From Halocafeteria seosinensis (taxonomy: Eukaryota): a stretch of 64,000 nt of DNA. Positions 36,222 to 48,267 of this stretch are shown here, in pieces; position 1 is the stretch's first letter; the number at the start of each line of letters is the position of its first letter. A model generated the notes under the pieces. The model did not search any database and was not told the DNA's origin. It saw only the letters and a list, made by a program, of their open reading frames with translations. The stretch lies in the NCBI GenBank assembly GCA_001687465.1, contig LVLI01000294.1:1-64000 (forward strand), written 5' to 3'. Both the position numbers and the translations under genes were made by a program.

Positions 36222-37859
36222 ATGTCAGATCCAGAGGTGAGTGGGGAGTGCGTACAATGCCCAGGAGATGCTTATTAATTTGTACGGAGGGTGTCTGCAG
36301 AACTTGAAAACTCGGGGGAACCAGTCCCTCAAGACGGGCGAATTCAGCGAAGCCATACACTATTACACCCAGGTAAGGGTGCTATCTCCTGGTTCTTTGA
36401 AGGAGGATGAAGAGTTGCATGCTTTTGAGGAGTATTGCAGGCCATTGAACTAGATGACAACAACGCCGTCTACTTCAGCAATCGGGCAGCAGCTTACCTG
36501 CATATGAAACAGTACGACAAGGCTCTGGACGACGCTAACAGAGCCATCACTATCGATAGCGATTATATACGATCATACGGTAGAAAAGGGGATGCGCTCT
36601 ATTACCTGGGTCGCTATAACGATGCCGTTCATGCGTACGAGGCAGGGTTGACAGTGAAACCGGACGAGAACACGCTACAGAGCAAACTGAATGAAGCCAA
36701 AGCTGCTATTAACCGTGGATCTCCGCCTCCAGCTGCAGGAGGAGCCAGTGGACCGGCTACAACTCCTGCTGCTTTCCTTTTCGGGGGCAAGACACAGATT
36801 GTCCAAACTATGCTGGCGTTCGTTCGAGCAGGGATTTTTTTATCGATATTGATTTATCTGCTGACCCCTTTGCAATTCGGAAGTCGATTTTTCACGCTTG
36901 CTGTACTTTCATGTGGCTTACTGAATGCGCGTCACGTGTTGCAAGAATGTGGGTTTCCTCAGTTTAACAAGGAATACGTTCAACGAATTGCTACAACCCA
37001 CTCATTCTACTTGGCCATCATGTCGCCGGTATATTTGACTGGGAACCCAATTCTCCTCGTGCTCTTTCCTGTAAGTAGCATGCATGTTTGACTGGTAGCC
37101 ATGGAAAAATACAATGAACTGAGTCGTTCTGCAGCTGGGCGTATTTGAAATGGTGCACTTGGCTGTTTGGAGTTATCAGCTTGCGAAGACGATAAACGGG
37201 GCATTGGCTGAGTAAGTACTTTGCTTTCCCGATTGTGTAGCTGAGCCAGCTTGAAGCGTATACGACTTGACGATTTACACAGACGACTGTACCAATATGG
37301 GATGAAATTAGTCGGTTATATTCTGTCTGATTCGAATGCCTCCCGGCTAGCCCCTCAGACACTACAGAGCCAGCTAACCAGCTCACTTCTACATTACAGC
37401 GCAGTGTCTCAAGTGCGTTCTGCATTGTCCTATGCCGCTTTGACAAGAACAGAATTTTAGGTTCCATCATGCAGATACTTATCGGCATATTTCTTTTGAT
37501 AACAGTGTTCACACCAGCGAGGAACCTAATGGGCCTGGTATTCACTTGGCAGCTACTTCAGATTCAGTATGTAGCACTTCCACACACAAAGGTAAGCAAC
37601 CAGTCCGTCAATGCTGTAACCCTGGATAAATGGATTCGATAGTGCTTTTCTCATTTTCCAGCGTGCATTCCACACTGTCGATGCCCATATCCTAACTTTA
37701 TTGCGCCACCGCTACTGCCCGGCGATAGTCCTTTTGGGATACGAGAAACTTCGAGGTTACCTCGGACAAATGGTTGTACCCCCAGACCCAAATGCGGCCT
37801 CGACAGGTGGGGCAGGTGGTGGTATCTCGCAAATGGCTCGCAATTGCTCCATTATGTGA
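36222..37859 (+). CDS. TPR (Hop/SGT-type clamp) - TMEM33/Pom33 fusion with C-terminal CaaX
   Basis: LKTRGN..AIHYYTQAIELD..YFSNRAAAYL..YGRKG, followed by several TM segments, WQLLQIQY, AFHTVDAHI and HRYCPAIV..YEKLRGYL; ends CSIM*. Seven exons. Confidence 0.8.
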
Positions 37860-38360
37860 TCAGCTTTATTTTGAATAACAATATACTGAATCTTTGAGTG
37901 CTGCAAGGGATTATCTCTCGCTGCGCAATTCTCTTATTTGTGGGTTCTTCAACAAGGCACTGCCTCTGAGTCATTTCGTACAACGGCGTTTACACCCCCC
38001 ATGTTATAGTGTTACATTGTTCATTCCATGGGTTTGACACCTATGTGTTAAAATGAGCCTTGGATGCCGCAATCATCCAATGGTAGAACTATATTCGTGC
38101 TTGTGTAATCGTGCCGGCAACAGAGGGCGTTTGTGCAGCTATTATTCGCCGCGTATGCCCTCCACTCAGCGGTAGATCAAACTTGTCGTTTACGAGAGGA
38201 GACAACTAGTTGTATCTTTGTTTCACGGAACTCTTCATCTTGGCATGGATTACCGGTATTTGCCAAACTAAGTGCATTGCTTGAAGCTGTGGAGGAAGAT
38301 ACCCAGCCCATCTGGACAAGCCCTTGGGGCCATATAAACGAGGTATAGGTGTCTTTGGAC

Positions 38361-41300
38361 ATGGACGGAGTGTCCCCTACTAACAACATTACACCCACGG
38401 ATGCAAGTCCTAGACACGATGGGTACTACGCGTCGCCGCCTACAAGAGCCTCGGAAACGACAGCAGTTCCTCGAAGAGGAAGCGTGGATCAGCGGAGGTT
38501 GCCTTTCCACAATTCATCCAGAAGGTTAAGTGGGCGAGGAGGGCCCAAGGTTGGACGAGGAAGTTTTGGTACCCGGGCGCGCACCCGAAGCCGCACTTAC
38601 AGTTATAGTCATACGGGTAAAGCTTCGACCAAAGGTGGTTCACCAGGTTCGTTCTCACCGAGTGGTGCAGTCGAAGCACAAGAGTGGCCGTGGTACGTGC
38701 CGCTGCAACTCAAGGACAAGCACCCAATGGTGAACCCCATGCGAAGCAGGACGTATCGAGTATGTCTACAATTGTAATCTTTTAGTGAAGTGACTATGTA
38801 TTGATATACCACTTGTGTCTCTGGCAGAGTGAATCATGGTGGAGGTGGGTCCAATTCTGTACTATTGGAGTAGTGCTTGCTCCCCTAAGGATGCTTATCA
38901 TTTGTCTTCTCCTAACGATTGCTTGCGTAATTTGCGCTTTGGCTACTTGTGGATATAAGGAAAGTGATTATAATCGGCCGATGTCTGGCTGGAGAGCATG
39001 CATGCTCACTCCGCTTCCGTTGATAGGACGTATAGTGTTCTTCGTGATGGGATACTATTACATCCCTGTCTATGGCAAGTGCGCCTCGAAGCGCGATGCA
39101 GCTATTATCGTCGCTAATCATGTCACTTTCATAGAAGCTATGCTATTAGCCAGTCGACATTTAGGGATGTTCGTCTCAAGGAAGGAAAATGCTGATTTGC
39201 CCTTCGTAAGTGTTAACTCGTTCATCGTGAATCCTACAACTATACAACGCGTTATTTTTGTTCAGGTGGGGAGAATAGCGATTGCACTCCAGGCTATCTT
39301 GCTGGATCGGCAGGACAAAAAGAATCGCAACGCAGTAAAGACAAAAATAATGGATAGGGCAACAAACAACAATTTCGGAAAACATGTGCGTATGCCTTGT
39401 GGTCGAAAGGCAGCATAGCTTTATAGACGACTTAGTTTGCTGCAGACCGTAATATTTCCTGAGGGAACGGTGTCCAATCAGTTAGCGGTAATGCGTTTCC
39501 AAGCCGGTGCTTTTTCTTGTGGCCTGGTAAGTACATGCTAGTCCACGTGCCTTACTGGGTTTGTGGGCAACTATCAAGTTTCTTGCAGCCTGTGCAACCT
39601 ATTGCTGTGAAACACTCCTTTGATTACTTGGACCCCTCATGGGTGGATGCCGGTCCGAGCTTGGGTGGCCTGTGCTGGAGAGTTCTAAGTCAACTCTACA
39701 ATCAGGTAAGGGAGCGTATCCCCATGCGTCGGATCGACTGGCAGACATATCATTTCGGTGTGCAGGTGGAGCTAACCTATCTCCCTGTCTACTATCCCAG
39801 CCCTGAGGAGCGCCAGAGCCCAATTCTTTACGCTTCCAATGTTCAAAAGGTAGGTACTGTAATTGCGGGTTGCCTCGCTCTTAGCTTAAGCAGTCTTCGT
39901 CGGTTCGTGCAGCTAATTGCTTCGCATTTGGATATTCCTGCCACTCAGCATTCGTTTGATGACGCCGTCCTTTCGAGAATAGCTCTCGACCTAAGATATC
40001 CTTGGCCAGACGCTGCAGTCATCGAACTTCCAAGAGTAAGCCATTACATTGCATGCTGGCAAAATACTTTCTATGTAAATACTCATTCCTGCCTACAGCT
40101 TAGAAGTTGTCTAAATATATCTGTAGAGGACGGGGAGATGTATTTCCGAGAGTTCGTGGAGCTAGATGCTAAGAGACGGGGTGTCTTGCCGACCGCTATG
40201 TGGAAGCGATTATCGTTGTCATTCTACGAGAAGTCATCTGTAGACAATATGTACAGTGGCGACTCGCAAAGCTCTGCCCTCTCCAACGAGAGCAGGGCTC
40301 CCTTACTTCGGGAAGAGCATTGTCCGGACCCTGGCTCTCCGGCTGAGACGAGGATACAAATACATGCAGACAATGCAAATGATATCCCGAATTCCTTGTT
40401 CCACCTATTACGAGATGTTCAGGTAAGCAAGGTGTCGGTCTTATTTCCAATGAACGTGGCGACGTTTGATTATGTGTGCCCCGGTTCAGCGATGTGGAGA
40501 GAGGGTTAGCCACCTGCGTCTGAAGGAGTTGGTACATGACATGAAGAAGTTCGAAAATCCCGACGCCTTTTCTGCTGAAAAGGGTTTATCGTTTTGGGGG
40601 TTCCTTGTAGGCTTGTCAATAGTCGATGGGAGAGTACGTATGAGACAGCTAAGAGACGTTGGCTGTGAGTTAAAATATATGCTCTGGGTGGTTGGATGCA
40701 GGGCCCAAACCGAATGGAGGATTTTGCGAGAATGGCACTGGCAGTGTTCTGCGGTAGTAACTGCAAATATTCGAAGGAGGGAGAGCCTTTTGTAGAATTT
40801 TCCGTTGTGGAGAGCATGTTGCGACGATGGTATCGTAACATTCAGTTTAGCGTGCAACACTGCATGAGTGAGTTCGTACAAGTGTACAAAGGTTCCTCCT
40901 CGGCCAGTTTGCAGGCGGCTGCAGAATCTTTGGATTCGATGTATACCGATATACCTCAATTTCTTTCGCGGTCTATGACTTCTGTCGATCCGAATTCCTC
41001 TCAGTCCCTCTACGACATAGACCAGTTTGTAGACCTGATCAATACCGTTGTTGAAGATGCCACGTCGCTTATTGTTGAAGCCGCTATGTCAGGTGTTGTT
41101 CGTTCGTATAATTCGTTTGATACTGGTCAAACAGGTCGTCGATGGTCTCAAAACCTGTACGATGCCATTCGTTCGGCTTCTGTTGCTTCAGCTGCGGCTA
41201 CAGAGTCACGCAATTACGCTATCGATCTTGTTCGGAATGATCCTTTAGAAAGATTTATTCGCACCGCCGTCTTGCGAAGCTTTTTCGGACTCCGTGTGGT

Positions 41301-41370
41301 ACCGAAAGCTACGATAGATTACCTCCGTGAGAAAGCCAGAAAAGAGGCCCGCAAGACAGCCAGGCAGTAG
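38361..41370 (+). CDS. Lysophospholipid acyltransferase (LPCAT1/2-like) with extended C-terminus
   Basis: TM region, then IVANHVTFIE, VIFPEGT, PVQPIAVK and YLPVYYPSPEE..LYASNV; many GT-AG introns. Confidence 0.88.
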
Positions 41371-41531
41371 GCGTGATTCCTCTGGAGGATCTTCACAACA
41401 ACCATCCACGCCTTCTGGCAGAAGTTCTGGGTAGTATAGATGATCAGTGATGTGTTGTCTGTTTGGTCAGTTTGGGATACTGGAAAGAATAGAATATACT
41501 GGTATCTGCTACTGCTGGGAAACAAATAATC

Positions 41532-42136
41532 ATGTCTTCAAGTGCCACTGCTACGGGGGAGCATTACTTCGCGTGTCGACGCTGTCGGCGCCCATTGTTC
41601 CTCCCTCACCAATTAGAACAGAAGCATCTTCCGAATCAGCAGGATTTCTCTCTGCACAAGCAGAGGAAGGATATTGAGCAAAGTGCTGAAGTAGCTGGAG
41701 TGTCGTCGGAGGCCACAGCAGCGCTACCAGAGACGTATATGGGAGGGGCTTACTACCGCAACAAGTTCAAGGAATGCAGTTCCTGGTTCTTGGATGAGCC
41801 TCTGCAATGGATGAGAGAGGTACGGATGCTATAATTCAAGGGAAAGATTCAGAGTATACGCATGGGAGTATGGAATACAGCAAACCAACAGTGAAGATGG
41901 GAAACTCGTCTGTCCCAATGACAAGTGTGATGCCAAATTGGGCTACATCAAATGGGCAGGGACTCAGTGCTCGTGTACGTAAACTAGAACGCGATAGTTT
42001 GAGGCCCTTGCTGATTGATACACTTCTCGGTCATGTAATCTGTTGAGACGCAGGTGGAACTTGGGTAACCCCGGCCATACAAATACAGAAACGAGCAGTA
42101 GAAATCAGATCCCGCGAAACAGGACTACCAAACTAA
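41532..42136 (+). CDS. Stand-alone DUSP12/Yvh1-type zinc-binding domain protein, 3 exons
   Basis: YFACRRCRRPLF..H..CSSWFLDEPLQWM|..GKLVCPNDKCDAKLGYIKWAGTQCSC|GTWVTPAIQI. No phosphatase domain precedes it. Confidence 0.88.
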
Positions 42137-42226
42137 TGCAGGGCAAATGAATCCTCTGCTTACTTAAGTATTGGAGAATCTGTGCTATGGTCTTGGGTGA
42201 ATTCTAATGAAGGTTCGGTGGCGGTC

Positions 42227-42484
42227 CTACACGTCTGGTCCTACATGTACAGTGGGGGGTAGACGACCCCCCATCAAGGTTATGACAAGGGACAAATCGT
42301 CTTCGTTAATCGGACCAGTCGTCCAGTATTCGTGGGGCATACTACCGGATGGCAGCTGCTTGAGTACTGCAAATCTGTGTGAATTAGGATGATGTGGCTC
42401 AAGTTCTCCGAAATGGCCTATTTTGGCGAGTATGCAACTGGAGAATGAGCTGATATTCGCGAGGTCCGCCAGTTTGAACCCCAT
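42227..42484 (-). CDS. Hypothetical 85-aa protein preceded by a spliced leader region
   Basis: ATG-initiated ORF with an upstream GTACGT..TTTTCGCAG intron (about 42669-42545); no recognisable family. Confidence 0.35.
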   Translation of the reverse strand: MGFKLADLANISSFSSCILAKIGHFGELEPHHPNSHRFAVLKQLPSGSMPHEYWTTGPINEDDLSLVITLMGGRLPPTVHVGPDV

Positions 42485-43133
42485 TTAGATCCGAAACGGG
42501 ATCCCGATGTTTAGAACTTTATTTTTTCAGAGTTTTTCTGTATGCTGCGAAAACGAAATGAGGAAGGATGAAGAATTGCGACACCAGTGATCGCTTCGGC
42601 TGATCGCCCTGCTTGCATTCCTCCTCTCCTTCTCCCCAACGCTTTACAATTGTTGTACCACGTACGTACGTGTCGTGATCGTTTTCATCCAAGTGACCCA
42701 GCTCCCCCGCTGAATAGAATTCTGAACGTGAACCGTGCGTGGGATAGGCGATAACCGATTTCTTTCTCCGCAGTACTCGCGATTCACAGCTTTCTCCTCT
42801 TGTGTACAGACGAAGTTGTCTCCGATTCCTCCAATTTCAAGAACGGAATTTAGGAACTCGAGTCGTTGCGAATCCAGGATTCCAGGGTCACCCTTGAAGA
42901 CTTGAAGATCAACGACTTCAAAGTTGAAGTTGCCTCGGATAAATGTTTACCTAAGTACTCATAGAGATAGAGTTGTTGGTACGACTAGTGGGTAGACTAG
43001 TTACCTCCTGCAAGTTTCGTTCGGAATAGACATGCGCTGCTAGTATACGCAACGCGATCGTTTTTGTAGTGCGCAAGTGCTTGACGTGTGTCAGCCCCAG
43101 GGTAGGTAGCTTTTTCCCAATACAGCTCCTCAA

Positions 43134-46100
43134 ATGGCATCTTCCGGCGATACGAGGGTCTCTCCCGGAACTCCAGATGGGGGCAAGCTGGCCCTTCATT
43201 GTCTGACGCCTGCTGAGGGTGGAAACGAGGGAGAGATGAAGTGGCGTGCTTTCGCCCTCAAGGATCCATCTCGAGTGCCGGTTCAATTATGTTCTATGGA
43301 GGATTACGTGCTTTTACGCGACGCCCAGGGTAAAGTTATTAAGATACAGGGAGGTAAATGGACGGTACTCAATTTCAAAAGCCCTGTAGTCGATATTGCC
43401 GCTGGTCCCAGGCATGCGCTCTTCTTGATGAAACATGGAGAAGTGTTCTGCTACGGGGATAATTCCTACGGACAATGTGGAAGAGACCCATTTGAAAGAA
43501 ATGTCGAGATCCCACAGCCTCCAACACAAGTATCGTTAAAACACAGGGTAAAACGAATTGCCGCTGGGGTAGACAAATCTGCGGCCCTCCTGTCGAACGG
43601 GTCTGTCGTGGTGTGGGGAGGTCAGTCAGTGGATCTTTATTTGGTGGAGGACTCAATCGTTACATATGAGAGCGAGGACTTCGATGGGGAACAAATCAAG
43701 CAGATCTCGCTAGGGCTTAATCACCTTGCGTTTGTAGACTATAGTGGACAGCTATGGCACGCAGGGGACTTTGGTGTGATTGGAAGCCGCGCTGGCGTAG
43801 GACGCTATCCCCATCCTGTGATCGTCGAAGGAAACGTCGGAGGACTCATGGTGAGGAAGGCAGTTTGTGGACCTGACTTTACAATAGTCCTCACAGAAGG
43901 TGGGAAGCTGTTTAGATACGGGCGGATTCCAACCGACTTCAGCAAACTGAGTGGTTCTTATTTTACGAGGATCACAGACGATGCCTCCGTTGAAAATGAG
44001 AAGGCCGTAGTAGTCGTTATACCACATTACGAAGCCGTTCAAGTCCACAAATTAAATGAAAAAGCTCCAGGTATGAAATGGGAAGATGTGCACGTTTGTA
44101 ACATTGCGAGAGAGCCGTTTTTGGATTTCGCCTCAAAAAGGAGCAAACTGTTCTCTAACGTTGATTCAGATTATCCGGGCGTGTCGCAGCACCTGAGGAA
44201 GCTGTCCTCTTTGGGGTTTGCAGCAAGTAGTGAGAGTTCTGTTGTGTCATGGATACGCAATGCACCGTTTGGTTCGGTGCTCGGTGTGAATTCGCTACGG
44301 CATGTATTCTCACTTGATGAGGATGTCTTCGATCGCCCACTGGGGGATGGATCGGTGTTAACATTGGACGGCGTTTTGAAGTCATACTTTGTATCTCACA
44401 TTGCCCAAACGGCGTCATCAGTTTACTTTGTAGGTTCTTTCACGCATTCATCTTATCGGCAATTGGCTCCACTGAAACAGCCCGCTTCCGTGGAGGCCCT
44501 GAGCCAGATTTCCCAAAGAGTATTCACTGCTGTTCTTGGCTCAATGGAAAGTGAGCTATCTAGAAAAAGTCAGCAACGGGTCGATGCAGGCAACGGCGAT
44601 TTTCAACTCCCGCAGAAGAAGTCTCTGAGGGCGACGAATCGGACGCCAGAAAATACTTCCGATGCTGTAGAGGAAACCCAAAATCCATTCGCTTTGTTGG
44701 AGGACGAGGAAGCGGAAGAAGGTTCATCAGTCGACGTTGACAATGTAACTGGAGAGGTTCACGAAGCATTTCCGGGTGATGTCGAGTCTGTCGAAACCTC
44801 CGGTGATGAAGAACGGTCTGTGGTTGGCGACATACTAAGCACCCACTCGTCAGTTCTCTTTGCAGCGCTTGCAGCATCTGTAGAAACGGTGAAACGTGCA
44901 GAGGCTCTTCCGTCCAAGTCTCTGGGAAATACACTAAAGAGCAATAGACTCGCCATGATGGAGTATCTGGAAGAACAGCATAACATTGGGAAGACTTTGT
45001 CTCGTGCTGTTCGCGATAGAGCGTTGGAGGATCTTATGTCTCTTGCTCGCGAAGGACAGACATGTAAGAGGATCCAGCAGCAGCTGCATAATGCTCAATT
45101 CTGCAAAGAAGACAAGTCATCGTTTTTGGTGATGTGGGAAGCATTTATTCTTCGCCACTCATCTGACTGCTTGGCAGCCTTTGCTGTCTTTCAGAACACT
45201 GTGTGCGTAATATGCGAATGGCTTGAATATCTGCAGAGGAAATGGGACCAGGTGAATACATTACCGTCCGGAGAACAGCCTACATTAACTGCGCCGCAAA
45301 CTCACACACTGCAGCAACAGCGACAGCAGTTGAGTACAAGGAAAAAGGGTGTGGGGCGAAAAGATAGAGAGGAATCTCAGAGGCAACGTGGCTGCCGGCG
45401 ATTTGGTCATGATGTCCCTACTTCTCAGAGCACAACTCACCGTGTGGAAGAACCTGATGACCATCCTGTGGAGGAGCATATACCGGGCATTGGCTACAGC
45501 GGTGTGAAAGGTGATGAAATCGGAGGTGGCGGTTATGTTTTGCCCGAATCTGATTATTCTAGTCCCGCAGGGCATGAGGCCAAACTGGCAAATCAAGCTG
45601 CGTCTGCGCAGTCTGCGGCATATCGGCTTTTAGGGGCTAGCAGTGGAACTGAACATCACACTCCTAGTCCAATCCAAGGCACAGCCAAAAGATTGCTCAC
45701 AGTAATTGGACGGAACCCTAGAGAAGGGCATGATAAGCATCGGGGTTCAGATTCTGAAGATGATGAGCATAGCTTTGACATAGAAGAGGAAGCAAGTAGC
45801 TCCGGGAGTTCAAATGTCAATGTTTCAAAGCACAGTGTACAGCGGAGAGTAAATAAAGCTCAGTATTCGAGCTACTCACAACTTTCTTCTTCGAAGTCCA
45901 GTGGAGATCTACGCTCGCAGTACCGAGACGCGCATAACATATATACTACAGGGACTGTGGACGATACTCACCAACCTGCTAAGTCTTATGGTGAGGAGGT
46001 CACGCGGTTGCCCAGCTCGACGGCTATCCGCGTTGCTACAGAACAAGTTTCAAGAAGTCTAAGAGACAACCGATTTCATGATGCCGGAAGCGCCACTTCT

Positions 46101-47822
46101 GTTGATTCTCAATCTGCTATCAAGCAGATGCGGGATGGCCTAAAAACTTTGGACTTCTTTCAGTCATGCAACGAGCATGTTCTACTCTGTATCGCTTCGA
46201 TTCTAATGTGGGCAGCTTCTTCAACTTGGAACTTACCTGTTACAAGAATCGATCCCATAGAACTACGAAACAGCCTCTCACTCAACTACGATATATGGTC
46301 GGATATGTTATCTTTCTTGAAAGCATTCAAGCCGTGTTTTATCTGGGATACCGTTGAGGAACATGATATTCCTGCATCACACACAGAGTTAGTATATAAA
46401 TTCTACCGCCTTCCCGATTACGTCAAGGTCCCTCTCTTCAGCTTGAACAAGAAGGAAGCAGATTTGCAACACAGTCACATCAGTGAGTCAGAAAACGAGG
46501 ATTCCTGGCAGTCATTTGTAGTGGAACCGCTACGACGCATCACTCACGGTATATTTTGCCCTCTAACGGTCCAAGAGGTTTATGACAAGGGTTTGAAACT
46601 GCGTGAATTGCGCACAGAGGAATCTCCTATCAAAGAACGTTTAGGAAAGCTGGCTGAGGCTGTGGTTTCTGATACCGATCTATACTGTTCAAGCTGTCTC
46701 TTAGAGGGACGGAACTGGTGGGAGAGCTACATGGAAAATAGCGATCCCTATTTTAGTCATTTCGATTTCAATCATCTTTCGAAATGTGTACAGAGCGACT
46801 ACAGTGGTGCTCACACCGGCTGCAACTCCACGGCTAGTGTGGCTTCGGTAGACGGTGTCACAGAGGGATCTGACGTAGCAGAGGATGACTACAAAGATCA
46901 GTCGCGGGGAGAGCGCGATGCCTCTGCTGAAGCAGTTGTCGCGGCGGATAGCTCACTCTCTCTGGAAGAAGCCAGGGCGAGGGAGTCAGAAAAGAACCGC
47001 ATAGCGAAACAGAAGAAGAACGTCAGAAAGGCTGAGCAGAGAAAACGAAATGCAATGAAACGTAAGGTAACATCTGAGTATACAAGCATGCAAGATAAGG
47101 CTCAACGGGAGCGTGTGGAAACACTGAAGACTGTGTTGGACACCGTAAAGGGAGATTCTCTGTTACAAACGCGCAGTGGACAACTCCTTCCGGTACATGG
47201 TGAAGTTATCAAAAAAAGAATCCCTAGAATTACCAGTGCTGTGGGCTCTCAATTAGATATACAGTGGCATCGTTTTCCCTGGCTTGACCCCTGCTCGACA
47301 GAAATTCTGTCTTTCCCGTGGGAACTCAGGGATGTTCCGGACTCATTGCTGCCCGAGTTACTAGCTTATGCGTACCGCGGACAGCCGATAATCCGAACGA
47401 CTACTGCGCTGCCGTTGCTGGTTGCTTCAGCAGCTTTAGAATTGTATGACCTGCGTAGAGCTGTTGAACAATTCCTATTGACAAACCGTTTTGCGTCAGC
47501 GGAAACTGTGAGTCAGATGATAGAGCTGTCTCTGCAAACGAAGGCATATGGATTGTTCTCTTTCGCGCGAACCCTTGCTATTTTAGATGGTGTAGCAATA
47601 GACCATGCTCTTCAACTCGAACGTGTCCCTGATCGTCGAGGCGGCCAGGAACCAGCGTATCAAACTCCCCGACGATCTAGGACTTACTCAGTAGGTGAAG
47701 TTGCCGCTTCTCGTCGAGACTCCCCTTGGGAGAAAGATAAGCTTGCCGATAGCTCTCATCAGACATTGGCCTCCAGACTTCGGTCGGATGCCAAGTCGCA
47801 AACTGTCAGTGGCAAGCAGTAG
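43134..47822 (+). CDS. RCC1-repeat protein with C-terminal BTB-like region (intronless, 1562 aa)
   Basis: RCC1 units (DIAAGPRHALFL..GEVFCYGDNSYGQCG, RIAAGVDKSAAL, AVCGPDFTIVLTEGGKLF). C-terminal PVHGEVI..LLAYAYRG..LLVASAALELYDLRRAVEQFL resembles BTB. Confidence 0.75.
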   Translation: MASSGDTRVSPGTPDGGKLALHCLTPAEGGNEGEMKWRAFALKDPSRVPVQLCSMEDYVLLRDAQGKVIKIQGGKWTVLNFKSPVVDIAAGPRHALFLMKHGEVFCYGDNSYGQCGRDPFERNVEIPQPPTQVSLKHRVKRIAAGVDKSAALLSNGSVVVWGGQSVDLYLVEDSIVTYESEDFDGEQIKQISLGLNHLAFVDYSGQLWHAGDFGVIGSRAGVGRYPHPVIVEGNVGGLMVRKAVCGPDFTIVLTEGGKLFRYGRIPTDFSKLSGSYFTRITDDASVENEKAVVVVIPHYEAVQVHKLNEKAPGMKWEDVHVCNIAREPFLDFASKRSKLFSNVDSDYPGVSQHLRKLSSLGFAASSESSVVSWIRNAPFGSVLGVNSLRHVFSLDEDVFDRPLGDGSVLTLDGVLKSYFVSHIAQTASSVYFVGSFTHSSYRQLAPLKQPASVEALSQISQRVFTAVLGSMESELSRKSQQRVDAGNGDFQLPQKKSLRATNRTPENTSDAVEETQNPFALLEDEEAEEGSSVDVDNVTGEVHEAFPGDVESVETSGDEERSVVGDILSTHSSVLFAALAASVETVKRAEALPSKSLGNTLKSNRLAMMEYLEEQHNIGKTLSRAVRDRALEDLMSLAREGQTCKRIQQQLHNAQFCKEDKSSFLVMWEAFILRHSSDCLAAFAVFQNTVCVICEWLEYLQRKWDQVNTLPSGEQPTLTAPQTHTLQQQRQQLSTRKKGVGRKDREESQRQRGCRRFGHDVPTSQSTTHRVEEPDDHPVEEHIPGIGYSGVKGDEIGGGGYVLPESDYSSPAGHEAKLANQAASAQSAAYRLLGASSGTEHHTPSPIQGTAKRLLTVIGRNPREGHDKHRGSDSEDDEHSFDIEEEASSSGSSNVNVSKHSVQRRVNKAQYSSYSQLSSSKSSGDLRSQYRDAHNIYTTGTVDDTHQPAKSYGEEVTRLPSSTAIRVATEQVSRSLRDNRFHDAGSATSVDSQSAIKQMRDGLKTLDFFQSCNEHVLLCIASILMWAASSTWNLPVTRIDPIELRNSLSLNYDIWSDMLSFLKAFKPCFIWDTVEEHDIPASHTELVYKFYRLPDYVKVPLFSLNKKEADLQHSHISESENEDSWQSFVVEPLRRITHGIFCPLTVQEVYDKGLKLRELRTEESPIKERLGKLAEAVVSDTDLYCSSCLLEGRNWWESYMENSDPYFSHFDFNHLSKCVQSDYSGAHTGCNSTASVASVDGVTEGSDVAEDDYKDQSRGERDASAEAVVAADSSLSLEEARARESEKNRIAKQKKNVRKAEQRKRNAMKRKVTSEYTSMQDKAQRERVETLKTVLDTVKGDSLLQTRSGQLLPVHGEVIKKRIPRITSAVGSQLDIQWHRFPWLDPCSTEILSFPWELRDVPDSLLPELLAYAYRGQPIIRTTTALPLLVASAALELYDLRRAVEQFLLTNRFASAETVSQMIELSLQTKAYGLFSFARTLAILDGVAIDHALQLERVPDRRGGQEPAYQTPRRSRTYSVGEVAASRRDSPWEKDKLADSSHQTLASRLRSDAKSQTVSGKQ

Positions 47823-48267
47823 CCTGGTTCTCCGCCGTTTTTTCTAGGATGTAGTTTATAAACAATACATTGCGTCTGTAGACGTAGTTAGTTTCAGAAG
47901 AGGCTTCAAGCTTTGGTAGACCCGTGTACAGTCGACTCTCATCTAAGAATCGGGTTCTGTCAGTCCGGTCAAAAATGACTTGTCAAGAGAAGTCGGAGCA
48001 TAAATATGGCAGCGTTTCCTTGTTAATATCTGACAAAGAATCGTAGCTTTCCATCGGGATGGACAACAAGTTGTCAACAACATTGTGACAAGTTTGCAGT
48101 GACAACGGTCCGTCTTCACAAGCCTCTGGAACTCCAGACCAAGAGAGTCCTGTACACCAATGGGTTGTGCAGCATCGTCAGTGACTTTCCCATTTACTGT
48201 GTTCCATAGATCGTGAGACGATAATACTGGACATTGTGGGTGTTTTGCGCGTACTGCGTACAGGTCG

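Noticed and set aside
42840..42960. TCC-TAA on the minus strand as an antizyme-type +1 frameshift site
   Set aside because: The +1 frame stops after four codons, and there is no antizyme similarity.
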